Translations under genes and position numbers: made by a program
Shown: in pieces, positions 14,823 to 28,646 of the stretch
Position numbering within the stretch: position 1 is the first letter of the stretch
How the letters are laid out: every line of letters begins with the position of its first letter
Source of the DNA: Blastocystis sp. Blastoise
Taxonomy: Eukaryota > Protista > Bigyra: Opalinata
Reading direction: 5' to 3'
Assembly: GCA_039096225.1 (NCBI GenBank)
Contig: JBBPEB010000007.1
Span: 1,054,001 to 1,118,000, forward strand
DNA length: 64,000 bases
The notes under the pieces: generated by a model
What the model was told of the DNA's origin: nothing
What the model saw: only the letters and a program-made list of their open reading frames with translations
The model's database searches: none

Positions 14823-16261
14823 ATGAGTAATCCTGAAACACCAGAACAAACTCAAGAAGATTATGGAGTCTTTTTATTTGGAAAATCGAACAAACAATAT
14901 TCTATTGAATCTTCTGTCTTGGCTTTATATCAAGACTCTATACTAAATCAGTTATTTTTGAATAAATCGAATCGAACTCCAGAAGGATATATTCAAGTAG
15001 ATGCTCGAGATGAGTACTTTCCTATAATTCTACAGATGATGAGAGGCCAAGAAGTTGATTTAAATAGTTTTAGTTATCAAGAATTGAAAAGACTTATTAA
15101 TGATGCAAAATTCTTAAAATTAAAACTAGGGAAGTATTTTCGTAATGCAATGAAATGGCAAAAAAACAAAGAATTACAACATTTCATCGTTAATGAAGGT
15201 GGAAAGTTCTATAAGAATACAAAAACCGGAAAACAAGATTTGAAGGAAATGTTTTTTGAAGATGATATTGTTATTGATTTATCAAATGTAAAACTATCTG
15301 ATGATGATTTTGACCGTTTTTGTACTATTTTTGAACATATTTCACAACCTAATTTGAAACATCTTCTTTTAGAAAGTATATATATTATAATTTGTTTTTC
15401 TTAAATATATATAATTGTTTTTCTTATATATATATAATTTGTTTTTCTTATATATATAATTTGTTTTTCTTATATATATAATTGTTTTTCTTAAATATAT
15501 ATAATTGTTTTTCTTATATATATAATTTGTTTTTCTTATATATATATAATTTGTTTTTCTTAAATATATATATAGAATGTGGATTATGTGAGACGGGTAT
15601 GAAACGATTATCAAAATTATTACTTAATTCTGGAACAAATATTCAAACTTTAAATTTAGCTTGTATATACTATTGTTTATATATATATATAAGGTTTATA
15701 TATTATTTATTATATTACTTATTATATATATATATATAGATAATAATATTGATTCAGATAGTATAAAACCATTAGTAGAAGTATTTCAAAATGAAAAATG
15801 TCCATCTCTTTGTACATTGGATTTATCATGTATATATATATATATATATACTTTTATTATTATCAGTTTTTATTTCTATAAATAGATCTATTATATTATT
15901 ATATACTATTATATAGGTAATTATTTGGGTGAATTAGGAATAAGAAGTTTATTCTGTGCAAGTACTTCAAAATCATATTTAAATATCAAAAAAATCAATC
16001 TTGCCTGTATATTCTTATTATATATATATATATAATAATATTATTATTATTATTGGTAATAGTAGAACATAAATATAAATATAAATATAAATATATATAG
16101 ATAATGATATGGGACCAAAAGGTTGTAAATATATAAGTAAATTTATTACTGCGAATTGTTTACCTCAATTATTATCACTCAATCTATCATGTATATAAAT
16201 ATATAAATCTTTTTTATAGTCAACTAATAATTATTTAGTATTTATATGAATACTTTTTGAT

Positions 16262-16350
<89 letters not shown>

Positions 16351-16438
16351 TAATGGATTAGGTTCCAAGGGAATACAAGAATTAAGTGACGCATTCTGTT
16401 CGAAACATTCTATTAAGTTGGTAGAACTATTTTTAAAT

Positions 16439-16494
<56 letters not shown>

Positions 16495-16875
16495 ATTCTC
16501 ATTTTTTAAATATTATTATGAAAATAATTATATTGATTAAATACTATTTTTATAAATTCTATATATAATACTACTATATATAGTGACAGATATGGGCCGT
16601 GTAGGTGTGCATCATTTGTGTAGAGCACTAATGGCACGTGCGCTTCCAGAATTAAGAGCTTTAGAAGTTAATGGTATATAATAAGTCTAATAATAATACT
16701 ATTTAATCTTCATTGATTGTCTTTAATTATTATTATATATATATAATATATAGATAATTCTTTAATGAAAGAAGGACTGAATGAATTGCATGATACTCTT
16801 AAACATAATCCTTGTCCACTTTTAGGAAATATTAAAATGAAATTTAACTATCAAGACTATTCTTTACGTGCTTAA
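14823..16875 (+). CDS. BTB/POZ + RNI-like leucine-rich-repeat protein, 8 exons
   Basis: N-terminal BTB ([10 protein letters not shown]...[20 protein letters not shown]). LRR exons at 15576-15662, 15740-15829, 15917-16006, 16101-16190, 16350-16439, 16584-16673 and 16754-16875, each carrying xNx(I/L/M)GxxG...LxxLxLs. Confidence 0.88.
15390..15570. repeat. Intronic minisatellite, ~22-nt unit (ttgtttttcttatatatataat), about 8 copies
   Basis: Directly visible tandem copies in intron 1 of the BTB-LRR gene. Confidence 0.9.
16440..16583 (+). other. GC-AG intron in the BTB-LRR gene
   Basis: Donor G|GCATATAT falls exactly at the 90-nt exon period and phase-1 position shared by the neighbouring GT donors. 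Confidence 0.88.
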
Positions 16876-17308
16876 TCAAATGAACTTATTAAGTTACACC
16901 TAACACATTTAACCTTCATTGGTTTTCATATCTATTTTTTTTTTGTCATTTTACGCATTCCGTTCATTTCTTATTCTCTTCTCTTTTCTTCTTTTTTATT
17001 TTCTCTTCTAATGACTCAATTGTCTTACATAATTTTTTTGCCTCTCCTCTTTTTATATGTTCTTTTATAATAAAAAAAACTTCCAGTTTCAGAAACAACA
17101 ACTTTGTTTTCGTTTTCGTTCTATTATCGAATAATAGAATACTCGCATTTTCTTTTAGAATTTCGCATTTTAAATGATTCTTTTGGTTTTTGTATTCATA
17201 TAATAGAGTTTCCCGTGAAAAATTATTGTAGAAAAAAAATAATTCTTTTGTAATTCTTTTTAATTATTGTACGCATCTCTTATTTATTCTACTTGAATAT
17301 ATATCAAG

Positions 17309-19481
17309 ATGTCTCATGAGATAGTGGAACAATGTTTGGATAAAGCGGATCATTATATTCGTGCAGAAAATTATGAAATGGCCAATAAAGTTTTGAATAA
17401 GGCTTTGAAACATGATCCGGAAAATAAAGATATACTTCTAAGAATGAAATTAGTCGAATCAAAACAGAAACCAATGGGAGAATCAAATAGCTCTAATCCA
17501 GAATTGAGACAACGACATGCACATACAAAAGAAAAGACAGAACCAAATGAACAATCAGATGCATCGTCAACAACTCCAGCTACAGCAAGTTATACGCAAA
17601 AACAAGTTGATATAGCTTTGGAAATCAATGGAAAAACCGATTTGTATGAGATATTATGTATAGAGAAGACAGCTAATGCTGATGAAATCAAAAAAGCGTA
17701 TAGAAAGGTATTTCTATATAACATTCATAATATATTATGTTATGATGAATTTATTCTTGTAAAATAGAATCATTATAAATATTATGTATAGGATATATTT
17801 GTATTTTATATTATAATATTGTATTATATTCTATATTATAATACCTTAAATATATATAGATGGTATTAAAAGTTCATCCTGATAAGAATCAGGCTCCTGG
17901 TGCTGAAGATGCATTTAAGAAAGTTAGTGAGGCTTATAGTATTCTTAGTAATGAAGAAAAAAGACAAATATATGATCAACAAGGAATGGTATAGATATAC
18001 TTATTATTATATATCATTTTTTATATTTACTATTTTATTTAGAGTGTATTTTATTTTATAATATTATATATTATTTTTAATATTACACTATACTCTTATA
18101 TATATATATGTAGGCAGGTATAAATCCTACTTCTTCTTCTTCTAATCCTGAACATTATTATGGGGAAATGTCACCTGAAGATATATTCATGCAATTCTTT
18201 GGAATGAACTCACGTATATATTACTGTTATAGTTTTATTATTGTTGTTATTATCATTAGTGTATATTGTTTTATTTATTATTATATTTATTATTTGTTTT
18301 TATTATATTAGTGTATTTTATTATGTATACTATATTATTTATATATATTATTATTTAATGAATAATAATCATTTAAACATATTGTTTTTTTTTTATACTA
18401 TCCTATCTTTATTAACGAAAACAAAATTATATATATATATATAGCATTTATGAATAGTGGACCTTATAATTCTATGCCGGGGTTTTCACGTGTTTATGTT
18501 AACGGCCGTCCAATGAATTTCCAGAGACGTCATTATTATCAACATGAAGAAGAGGAAAATAATGACGAACATCAAAATGAGGAAAGAAGAACCAATCGAT
18601 TTGTATATATAATAATGATTATTTATACTATTATTATATATTATGATTATTCTTATAGTATTCTTATGTTTAACTATTATATATATGTATTTCTAGACAA
18701 ATATAGCTATGGTTGTTTTATACCTTGTATTAATGATATTTATGCTTTATGTGAACTCAAGAAGTACTTCCAATGAACCAACTTTTAGGTATATAGTGAT
18801 ATTAAATATATTATATAAATATATTATATAAATAAAATTATAATAAGTATATATTGTAATAATAAATATAATATAAATACTATAATAAATATAATATTAA
18901 TACTATAATAAATATAATATAAATACTATAATAAATATAATATAAATACACTATAAATATGATAAGAATTAATGAAAATAATGTGCCTATTAATATATCT
19001 TTTATATATATCTAGTTATTATCAGACTAATTCGTTTAGTGAACGTCAATCCACTCCTATGCAAAATTTCTATTATACAAAACCAAATACCAATAATCCT
19101 CAACAAGTATATATATATATATAACTTATAACAGAATCATTATCCTTATCTTATATACTTTATGTGAGTTTTAATTATATATATATATAGTTTGCTCAAG
19201 ATGTAGATATAGATGGATATAGAAATAGACAGAGGCAATGTAATATTGATTATCAACAGAAAACAACAGTATTTACAATAAGAATTTTTTTTTACTTATC
19301 TTATTTATTTAGTTCTTTTTCAAACCAAAGCGATCTACAATTCCATATCCTTATTTATCATAAATATATTATATATCTAATATTATTTTCATTATAGTAT
19401 CCTTAATAGGTCACATCATGTAAAAACTTCAAATCTTATGAAGAAAGAATGAAATCAAAATATCCAGATCTATTTGAATAA
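17309..19481 (+). CDS. DNAJB12: DnaJ subfamily B member 12/14-like ER J-protein (N-terminal TPR-like helix, J domain, G/F region, TM, DUF1977-like C-terminus)
   Basis: [23 protein letters not shown]|[44 protein letters not shown], a TM segment, and C-terminal IPSCKNF. Confidence 0.9.
19345..19414 (+). other. U12-type (minor spliceosome) AT-AC intron, 70 nt
   Basis: Donor ATATCCTT, branch site TCCTTAAT just upstream of acceptor CAC. Removal restores ...RSTIP|[21 protein letters not shown]. Confidence 0.93.
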
Positions 19482-19798
19482 TATAAATTCATGAATATTC
19501 CTTTTGTTTCTTCTATCATTTTTCACTTTTTCAATGTCTTAGATTCCTTTATTCTTTTCTTGTTGTTGAATTTTATTTAACAAATATAGTCATTCGTTTT
19601 TAAAAATATTTTTACCCATAAATAAATGAATAACTCATAGAATTAATTAAAAAAATGATAAAAAAAGTATCAGTCGATGTTCTTGAAAATCATTGTGTGA
19701 ATCCGTAAATAATCACAATTTTCCAAACTTTTTTCTTTTTTCCTTTCATTTTTTAAAGGACATTTTATTAACGAGTTTCTTTATAATTTATTAACAAA

Positions 19799-20245
19799 AT
19801 GGAACTCAACGATAAACGTTTTGATGACTTCTTCGAAAACATTGCTCCTCATCCAGAACGATTTCTGAAAAGAGATGATGAAATGATTAAACAAATTCAA
19901 GATATCCTTAAATTATTATTTGATTTTGCTAAGAAGAATGAGACTCAAGAATTTGGTGAATTACCAGAACTTTATACAGAAGGATTTGATGCTGAACAAA
20001 CATGGGAACAAGTTCGAATTCGTTCTGGACCTCTTATTCATTATCTTGAATCTAAAATAAATGAACTTGATGAAAAGAAAGACACTATTCAATTGATTCA
20101 AACAGATTCTAAACAAAAAGTGAAAAAGAATAATAAAAAAGAAGAAATCGTTAAAAGTACACCAAAAGACTCTGGAAAAGAGAATATAAATGAAGAAGAT
20201 GAAGAGTTTTATTCTGTTAGCAGTGAAGAAGAAAATGAAGATGAT

Positions 20246-20283
<38 letters not shown>

Positions 20284-21590
20284 AGAAGAAGAGGAAGAAG
20301 ATAATATAGAAGATAAAGAAGATAAAGAAGATGATGAGAAAGAGAATGATGGTGATTATGTTGTTCGTGAAATGGATGATTATTCGAATGATCCCGATGC
20401 TCTATTAGAACAATTACATAAATTCGGAGAAATGGAAGAAGAAGAATATGCAAGGAAACAAAATAGAGAAGATGATGAAGAAGAAGGTAATATATATAAT
20501 ATATATATAGTATTGTTTATCTATATATATTTCTTTATTAAACTAATGTTAATAATAGAATTAATACTAAGTACAATCAATATAATAATACTATATATAT
20601 ATAAATATAGAAGGATTGAATGAATTTGATATGCTTCCTTCTGATGAAGAATTATTGAATGAATTAGAAGAAGATGAAGATACAACTACTACTACTTTAA
20701 AGGATAAAAAGAAGAATAAAGGAAAGAAAGATATATCTGAAGATGAAGAAGAAGGATTAAATATGGAAGATTTAAGTGAGAGTGAAATAGAAAGACAAAT
20801 GAAAGAAATGGAAGAAGAAGAAGAAGAAGAAGAAGAAGGAGAAGAAGAAGGAGAAGGAGAAGAAATGAAAGATATAGAAGAGCGTGAAGGTGATGAAATG
20901 AATACAATGAGATTAGCGGATAGAATAGAAGAAAAAGGCGAAAAGAAAGAAGAAGAAGAAGACAATAATAATAATATGGAAAATGATCAAGATGCACAGT
21001 TACTTGAAGATAAACCTAGAAAGAGTATATATATATATATATATATATAATTAATAATCTTTTTTTTTTTATAAACATATCTTGTTTTTATTATTATAAT
21101 ATATATTTTATGTTTTATATATATATATATAGATGATGATTATAAACTTGTTGAGAATGATGATGATGATGAAGAAACAAGGTATATATATAATAATAAT
21201 ATTATTATTATTAATGTATATTTCATTGATTCTTCTTCTTATTATCATGACTATTATTAGACTTTTAGTTATAATTATATTTATATTTATGCTTATATTT
21301 ATATACCTAAATAGATCAATGAAGCGTACAATTGCATCTTTAGAGAAAGAAGCATTAGCCGATAAAGCATGGCAGTATAAAGGAGAAATAGATGGTAAAC
21401 ATCGTCAAGTGAATGCTGCCTTAGGAGTAGATCTTGATGTAGAGAGAGGAGTCAATGTAGATACACTTATTGAAGAAAATAATAATATTAATAAGAGTGT
21501 TACTATTGAAGATATTATTAAAAGTCGTATTAAAGATGAAGCTTTTGATGATCCCATTCGAAAAGAAGCTCCAAGGTATATATATATATA

Positions 21591-21670
<80 letters not shown>

Positions 21671-22753
21671 TAATATATATAGAGAGAAAGCTAAACGTGA
21701 ATTACCTGAGTTATCTACTGAAAAGAGTGATAAGGTATATATAATATACTATAAAATAGTACATATAGAATACTATATATATATATATATATAGGGTTTA
21801 GGTGATATATATGCAGATATGTATATGGAACAAGTGAAAGGAGTTAATAAAGTCGACGAAGCTCTTCAAAAAGAACATGTATATAATAATAATAAATATA
21901 ATACTAATGAATATAATAATGAATATTATTATTATTTAGGAAGAGATAACCAATATGTATAATCGTCTTATACATACATTAGATAAGTTAACAAATAGTA
22001 ACTACACTCCTTCCTATGTATATAAAGATATGTCTGTTGATAAGACAAAGAATGCTATTGAAATGGAAGAAACTACTCCTGTTTATGTCAGTAATGAAGA
22101 TTTGAAAGCTCCTGAAGAAGTATATATATATATATTTAGGATTGTTATTCTTATTATATTTATAAACTTAGATATATATATATATGTTTTTTTTAAACAT
22201 TACATATAAATATATATATAAATATGAATTACATATAAAAGAGATTATTTGTATCTGTAAAATTATTTTATGAATATATACTATTATTCTTATTCTATTT
22301 ATAAATATGATTCCTATTGTTTTTTCCCTCTAAAGGTTTACGCGCGTAAAGAGAAGCGCCAAGGTGTTATTATGGGGGCCGTCGAAAAAACGAAATTCGA
22401 TAAACAAAGAGATCGAAAGGTATATATATATAATTCTATACTATATTGATGAATAATAATATCTTTTATCATGATAATAATAATAATAATTATTATTATA
22501 TATATATAGGCAAGTAAAGAAGCTCGTAAGAAGAGAATTAATGCTTCTGAGAATGATCTTAAAGAGCGCGCCAATTATGATGAAAAAGCCCGCGCTATTC
22601 TACAAAAGAGAAAAGATACTGATTTGGTTAATGTATATATATATATTGTTATTGCTATTAATATATATTTTATTTTCGTTTTATGTATATCTATTCACCA
22701 AAATATATTATTATTATTATTATTATTATTATCGTTGTTGCTATTACTATTGC

Positions 22754-22843
<90 letters not shown>

Positions 22844-23016
22844 CTAAGAATGTTGTTAAGGGTGTTGAAGTTAATAAAAATGGCGACGACTTTAAATCAA
22901 CCACTTTCTTTAAAAATCTACAAAATGAAGTTCAAAATGATATTTCTAAATTAAAGCAAAAAGCAAAAGAACAGAAGAAAACCACGGGAAGTGCTGGCTC
23001 ATCTTATAAATTATAA
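19799..23016 (+). CDS. MPP10: U3 snoRNP protein MPP10
   Basis: LPELYTEGFDAEQTWEQV, acidic tracts, LEKEALADKAWQYKGEI..R.VNAAL..DLDVE, IEDIIKSRIKDEAFDDPIRK, LSTEKSDKGLGDIY, AIEMEETTP, KAPEEV, FFKNLQ...SSYKL*. Confidence 0.95.
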
Positions 23017-23482
23017 ACATATCCTATATTCTATTTGAATACTATATATATTATATATATATTATTTATTTATTTCTTTTTCATTTTTAAATAATTGTTT
23101 ATTGTTTTATTTGTTTCTTTTTTGTCTGTTTTCCTATTTAAATAATGTATTTTTTGTTTTGTTTTGTATTCTGTTCAATTTTTTTTATTATTTACATAGC
23201 CATATAAATATATATTTATACTTTGATATATATTTTTAATGTTTCTTCGTAATGAAAAGATATAATTTTATTAAGTATAAATATCAAATGTAACACTACT
23301 TTTTCAAAACTAACTCCTCTTTAAATCAGATTTATTCTGAAATAATCTTAAACATTTGTTTTTCATTATTTATTTTCATTATCTTCAGTTGTTAAATACC
23401 TAAAATACTTCTAAAAGACAAATAGAGTATATTTATATTTATACATGAATTGATTTTTCATTTTTCAAGATTAATGATTAAC

Positions 23483-25428
23483 ATGAAACGATCAGCGAAT
23501 GAAATTACTACAATGGATTGGCAATCTGATGATGAAATATATGATTATGGTATTTTTCATGAATAAATATTTTGTTAAAGAGTACATTAGATCCTGAAAC
23601 TCGTTGGAAGACCTCGGACTCTTTCTATCAAGTATTTTATTATCTTAAACAGTTGATTCTATTATTTCTTTCATATAGGATATAAGTTATGTTCGTGATT
23701 CTTTCAATTTAGTGAAAGAAATTGGTGATGGTAGTTATGGAGTTGTCTTTAAAGCAATCAGAAAAGAGGATAATAAAGCTGTTGCTTTGAAAAAGGTATT
23801 CTATTGCACATTAAGAAATAATACTAGTTTTAATTGTTGTTTAGTATAAATTACCATTGAATGCAAATGAGGATGATCCTGTATTTAAAGATGATTATAA
23901 TTCAATAAAATCTGAGATTACATGTATAAGTTATATAAATATATTTATATATATTTCAATGAATTTATAATTCAATAATTTCTAGTAATGAAAGAATTGA
24001 ATCATCCAAATATATTATCTATGAATAATATATATCATGGAAGAGGGAAAAATAGTATTTATATCGAAATGCCATTATACTCAACAAATCTATATACTAT
24101 TATACAAGAAGAAAACTTTTCATTTAAAGCTGTAAATAATTATATATATATGTAACAAGAGTATATATGATATAGTAGTTTCAATATATATAATTGTATA
24201 TATCTATGTATATATATATAGGAAGAAATTCGGTATATAATGTATCAACTTTTTTCAGGTCTCAGCTATTTACATCAACATCATTATATACATAGGTATC
24301 TTTTGTTTATTATATTTATTATTGTATTATTATATTATAATATTAATTATTATTTTGATTATATTTATATTATTTTTAATCTACTATATATAATAATCAA
24401 ATTATATATAGAGATATAAAATCAGCAAATTTACTGTATTCCAATGGAAATATTGCAATTTCTGACTTTAATTTAACAATTCCTATTCCTTCTTCATCAT
24501 CTTCTTCTTCTTCTACCGACAGTGAGCCGATGTCTCCCGTGGGAACACTGGCTTATCGGGCCATGGAAATATATTTACTTCCTTCTTCTTCTACTTATAC
24601 TACAGCCATTGATATATGGAGTTCTGGGTATATATATATATATTATTATTATTATTATTTATTTGGATATCTATATAATCAATAATAGTATTATTCATGT
24701 ATGAAGTTCATTATATAATATTTTTTTTTAGAATTATATTTTTGGAATTAATTATGAATAAAAGTCTTTTTTCAGAAAGTGGAGAAATAACAACTTTATC
24801 CGCGATTATCGGCATGCTTGGTAGTCCTGATGTATATATATATAATTATTATATATATTCTCTTTAAATCAATTATATATATATTATTATTTTTCTTTTT
24901 TTAATATATATTATTGGTTTTATTTATATAATACATATATTTATATTTTATTTATATTTATAGGATATAATTTTTAAAAATCTATATACTATTATATAAT
25001 TTATATGCTATATATAGGAGTCAACTTGTCCACTTCTCAAAGATCCAAACTGTCTCTCAGGATTTCGGTTAAAGCACGTGCCATCCAAACTAAATGATCA
25101 ATTAAAACCATATATTGAAACAGGAATACTGTCTGAAGATGGTTTTAATCTTCTTAAACAGTGTTTAGAATTTGATACAAAGAAACGTATTACTGCTGAC
25201 GAAGCACTGCGTCATCCATTTTTTAATTCATCTCCATTACTTGTATATATATATAAAACAGAGTTTTTCTTTTTCATTTTTTAATTAATTCTTATCATAT
25301 ATTTATTATATATATAGTCCAAAGAGAAAATGCCGTCACTTTTATCATTATTAAAACAAAAAGAAGAACGAGAATATATCGCAAAAAAGAAATATTTAGA
25401 AGAATTACAAAAATTATTTGCAGAATAA
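23483..25428 (+). CDS. CMGC/CDK-family Ser/Thr kinase (CDK10/11-like), atypical DFN and AME motifs
   Basis: IGDGSYGVVFKA, VALKK, ELNHPNI, HR|DIKSANLL, ISDFNL, VGTLAYRAMEI, YTTAIDIWSSG, KKRITADEALRHPFF, C-terminal ..KEKMPS. Confidence 0.88.
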
Positions 25429-25645
25429 ACATATTTATAAAAATCCATAAATGTTTTCTGATTCTAATTATTAGTTGTAGTATTAATAGATTATTCAAGT
25501 TGATTATTTTTGTTTCATTATTTTAATAAATATATATAATATAACTCAAAAAATATACAGAATAAAACGCAAAAAAATATATATTATTTTTATATAATAA
25601 TTTATACGATAAATAGAATTATCAATAAAAATGAATATATGATAT

Positions 25646-26301
25646 TTATAAAATAATATGTTTATTTAAATTTTTAATTTCTTCTTCATATTGATTAAAG
25701 AATCGAATTTGAATATTATGTCTCTTTAAAAGCTCTACTCCTACGCAATGAACGAAATGATCTGGTTCTTTTATACCTATAACAACTTCTTTAATATTTG
25801 TTTTTATAATTCGATCTGTACAAGACATCTTTTGAGATAAACGTGTACTACAAGGTTCCATAGTAGAATAACTATAAGAAAATCAAATATTTATTATTCA
25901 ATCATTAAATAATATTCCATATTTAGTTATAAAATTGGGTTTTATAAGAATAGAATATTATAAATATATACAGAACACATCCAGTCAGATCTCCTTGATA
26001 TTTCATCAAGGCACACTAATTATAAGCAAATTTTACTAATACTAAGAACACATAAAAAATACTTCTTCCGCATGGGTGTTTCCTGGGAGTTCTCTACTGA
26101 ATCTATACATTTCTATATAATATAGAAAGCTACATTGCATACCCTGTAGATAAAACAACTCCATTCTTTACGATGACCGCTCCAACATTATATGCAGTCT
26201 GAACAGGAATGCACTTTTTAGCTTCCTCTATAGCTAATTTCATAAATTCAGCATCGTTCTATATTAATGAAACAAATTATTTAAGAATATACGTGACTCA
26301 T
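25646..26301 (-). CDS. Stand-alone Zn-dependent pyrimidine deaminase (Rib2 DRAP-deaminase/RibD-like), 5 exons
   Basis: MSH|NDAEFMKLAIEEAKKC..TAYNVGAVIV..STG|FSRELPGNTHAEE|CALMK...|YSTMEPCSTRLSQKMSCTDRII..VVIGIKEPDHFV, containing the HAE and PCx8C zinc motifs. Confidence 0.85.
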
Positions 26302-26501
26302 TATTATTATTGATTAGATAAAATGTTTTTAATAATAGAAATGTATCTATGTTTCAATTAAATATATATTTAAGAATTAAAAATATGTATTCAATGAGAA
26401 AATAAACAAATAATGAATGTTTTCAAAAATCATGGTAAAAGAATCCTTGTTCGAAGAAAATTAAATCCTTTTCACGATTTATTTATTTTCAACAATACTA
26501 C

Positions 26502-28463
26502 ATGATGAATAGCCAACAATATCCTTTAGAGGTTACTAAAGATAACTACACTGAACTCCTTCCTGTAATTCGGGAGACTATTGATAAATCTGCTTTTATC
26601 GCTTTCGATTACGAATTTTCTGGATTAGATACTGATCCAAAGCATAGAAATATATTTGCTGATACTGTATTTTATTAACTAACGATAAAAATTTATTCAT
26701 TAACTAGCCAGAAACACGATTTGCCAAGACATGTCAAGCGTATTTTGTTAAATTTATATTATTCTATTCTCTATGTATAGTGTTGACAAATATGCTCCTC
26801 TCTCCGTATAATAATTTCACTATTTGTTAATTATTACATTTTTTTAGTGTGGTTTATGTGCTTTTTGCTATGATTCTGAAAATAAAATGTATTTTAAGTT
26901 TTTTTGTGTAGATAGTACCATAATTATATTATATATAGATATAAGCCTTATCCAATGAACTTTTATATTTCTCCAATTTCACCTATCGATCCTTATGGTG
27001 ATATTTTCTTTAGTGTATATAATAATATATTTATTTTTTCTAGTCAAGATTTATTATTGTATATTTTATTGTGTTTATTATGTATATATTTAATATTTTA
27101 ATTATATATAATACTAAATCCATTTATGGTAATATATATATATATATATAGGCAAGTGGTATAAAGTTTTTGGATGAGAATGGATTTGATTTTTCAAAAA
27201 GTTTAAATAAAGGTATTATAATATAGGGTGATTATCATTATTATTATTTATTCATATAGTATATATTATTATTATTATTATATATATAGGTATACCAAGT
27301 TTGAATTTAGATACTCAATATATATTTGAAAAAAAATATATAAGTGAAGATTATAGTAAGACCTTAGATACTATTAATGATGATTCCATGAAGGAAGTTG
27401 TTAAAGCAGCTATTAAACAGGTATCTATTATTATTAACTGAGATATTATTATTATCTGAGATATTATTATTATCTAAGATATTATTATTATCTGAGATAT
27501 TATTATTATTATAGTTTTTATTATAACAGTAATGCTATTATTATTCTATAGATATCTGACTGGCTTGATAATGTTCCTGCTAAACTGAAAGAGCGTGAAG
27601 AGAAGAAAAAGAGTAATTGAATTTATATCATTATTTATAATAATAAAATTCACTATATATATATATATATATATAGTAACTGAGTCTGTGAATGAAACAT
27701 CATCTTCATTAGTTCAAAATGATGATAATAGTGATAATAATAATAATAATGATAATAGTAATAACCATTCTACTACTACTAATAATAATAATGACGATTC
27801 TACTACTGATGATAATAATGATAATACTACCCCTTGGGAAGAAGGAATAGATTATATAAATCTTCCTTTAATGAATTCTTATACTCGTAAACTTGTATAT
27901 CAAGAAATTAGACGTTTGTTTAATAGTCAATATACTATGCAGGATTATAGAATGGCGGGAATGGACGCGAAAGTAGTTCAAGAACAACTCGAAGAATATA
28001 AAAAGACTCCATTTTCGAAGAATTATGAACAAATTGAAAAAACGAATAATAAACTATATACTATAGATAAACAATTATATGAGCAATATCATATTTATAC
28101 AGAATCAATTAAAGAAGATGTAATTATATACATATATTATTTTATTGCTACCCTATATATTATATTAATTATATATATATATATATATAGAATGGTAAGT
28201 GGAAATCTATTCGTGTTTCTTTTTCATTTGAACATTCTTCATTATATAAACATATGGAAGAACTCCGAAAATCGCGGGGAATTCGTCGTGTGTATGAACA
28301 CTTAATACATTCTAAGAAATATCTGGTTGGATTTGAATGCTTAACAGATGTATTATATATGTTTAGAAGAGGGTTATCGAAGATTGATACATTTAGAGAC
28401 TTTAGAGAATATATAGAGAAGAAAAAAGTGAATATTATTGATATACAGGTATATATATATATA

Positions 28464-28505
<42 letters not shown>

Positions 28506-28595
28506 GTGTTTATTACGAGAGCCATTATTAGAAGTCGAATTTAAAGAAGCAGGTAGCTTACTTAGGGACTTTACACATGTATATATATATACATG

Positions 28596-28646
<51 letters not shown>

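Noticed and set aside
24296-24411. Possible U12 GT-AG intron at kinase HR|D (donor GTATCTTTT)
   Set aside because: One mismatch to GTATCCTT, no convincing TCCTTAAY branch site near the acceptor, and a typical (TA)nG end. It may be a converted U12 intron but this cannot be supported.
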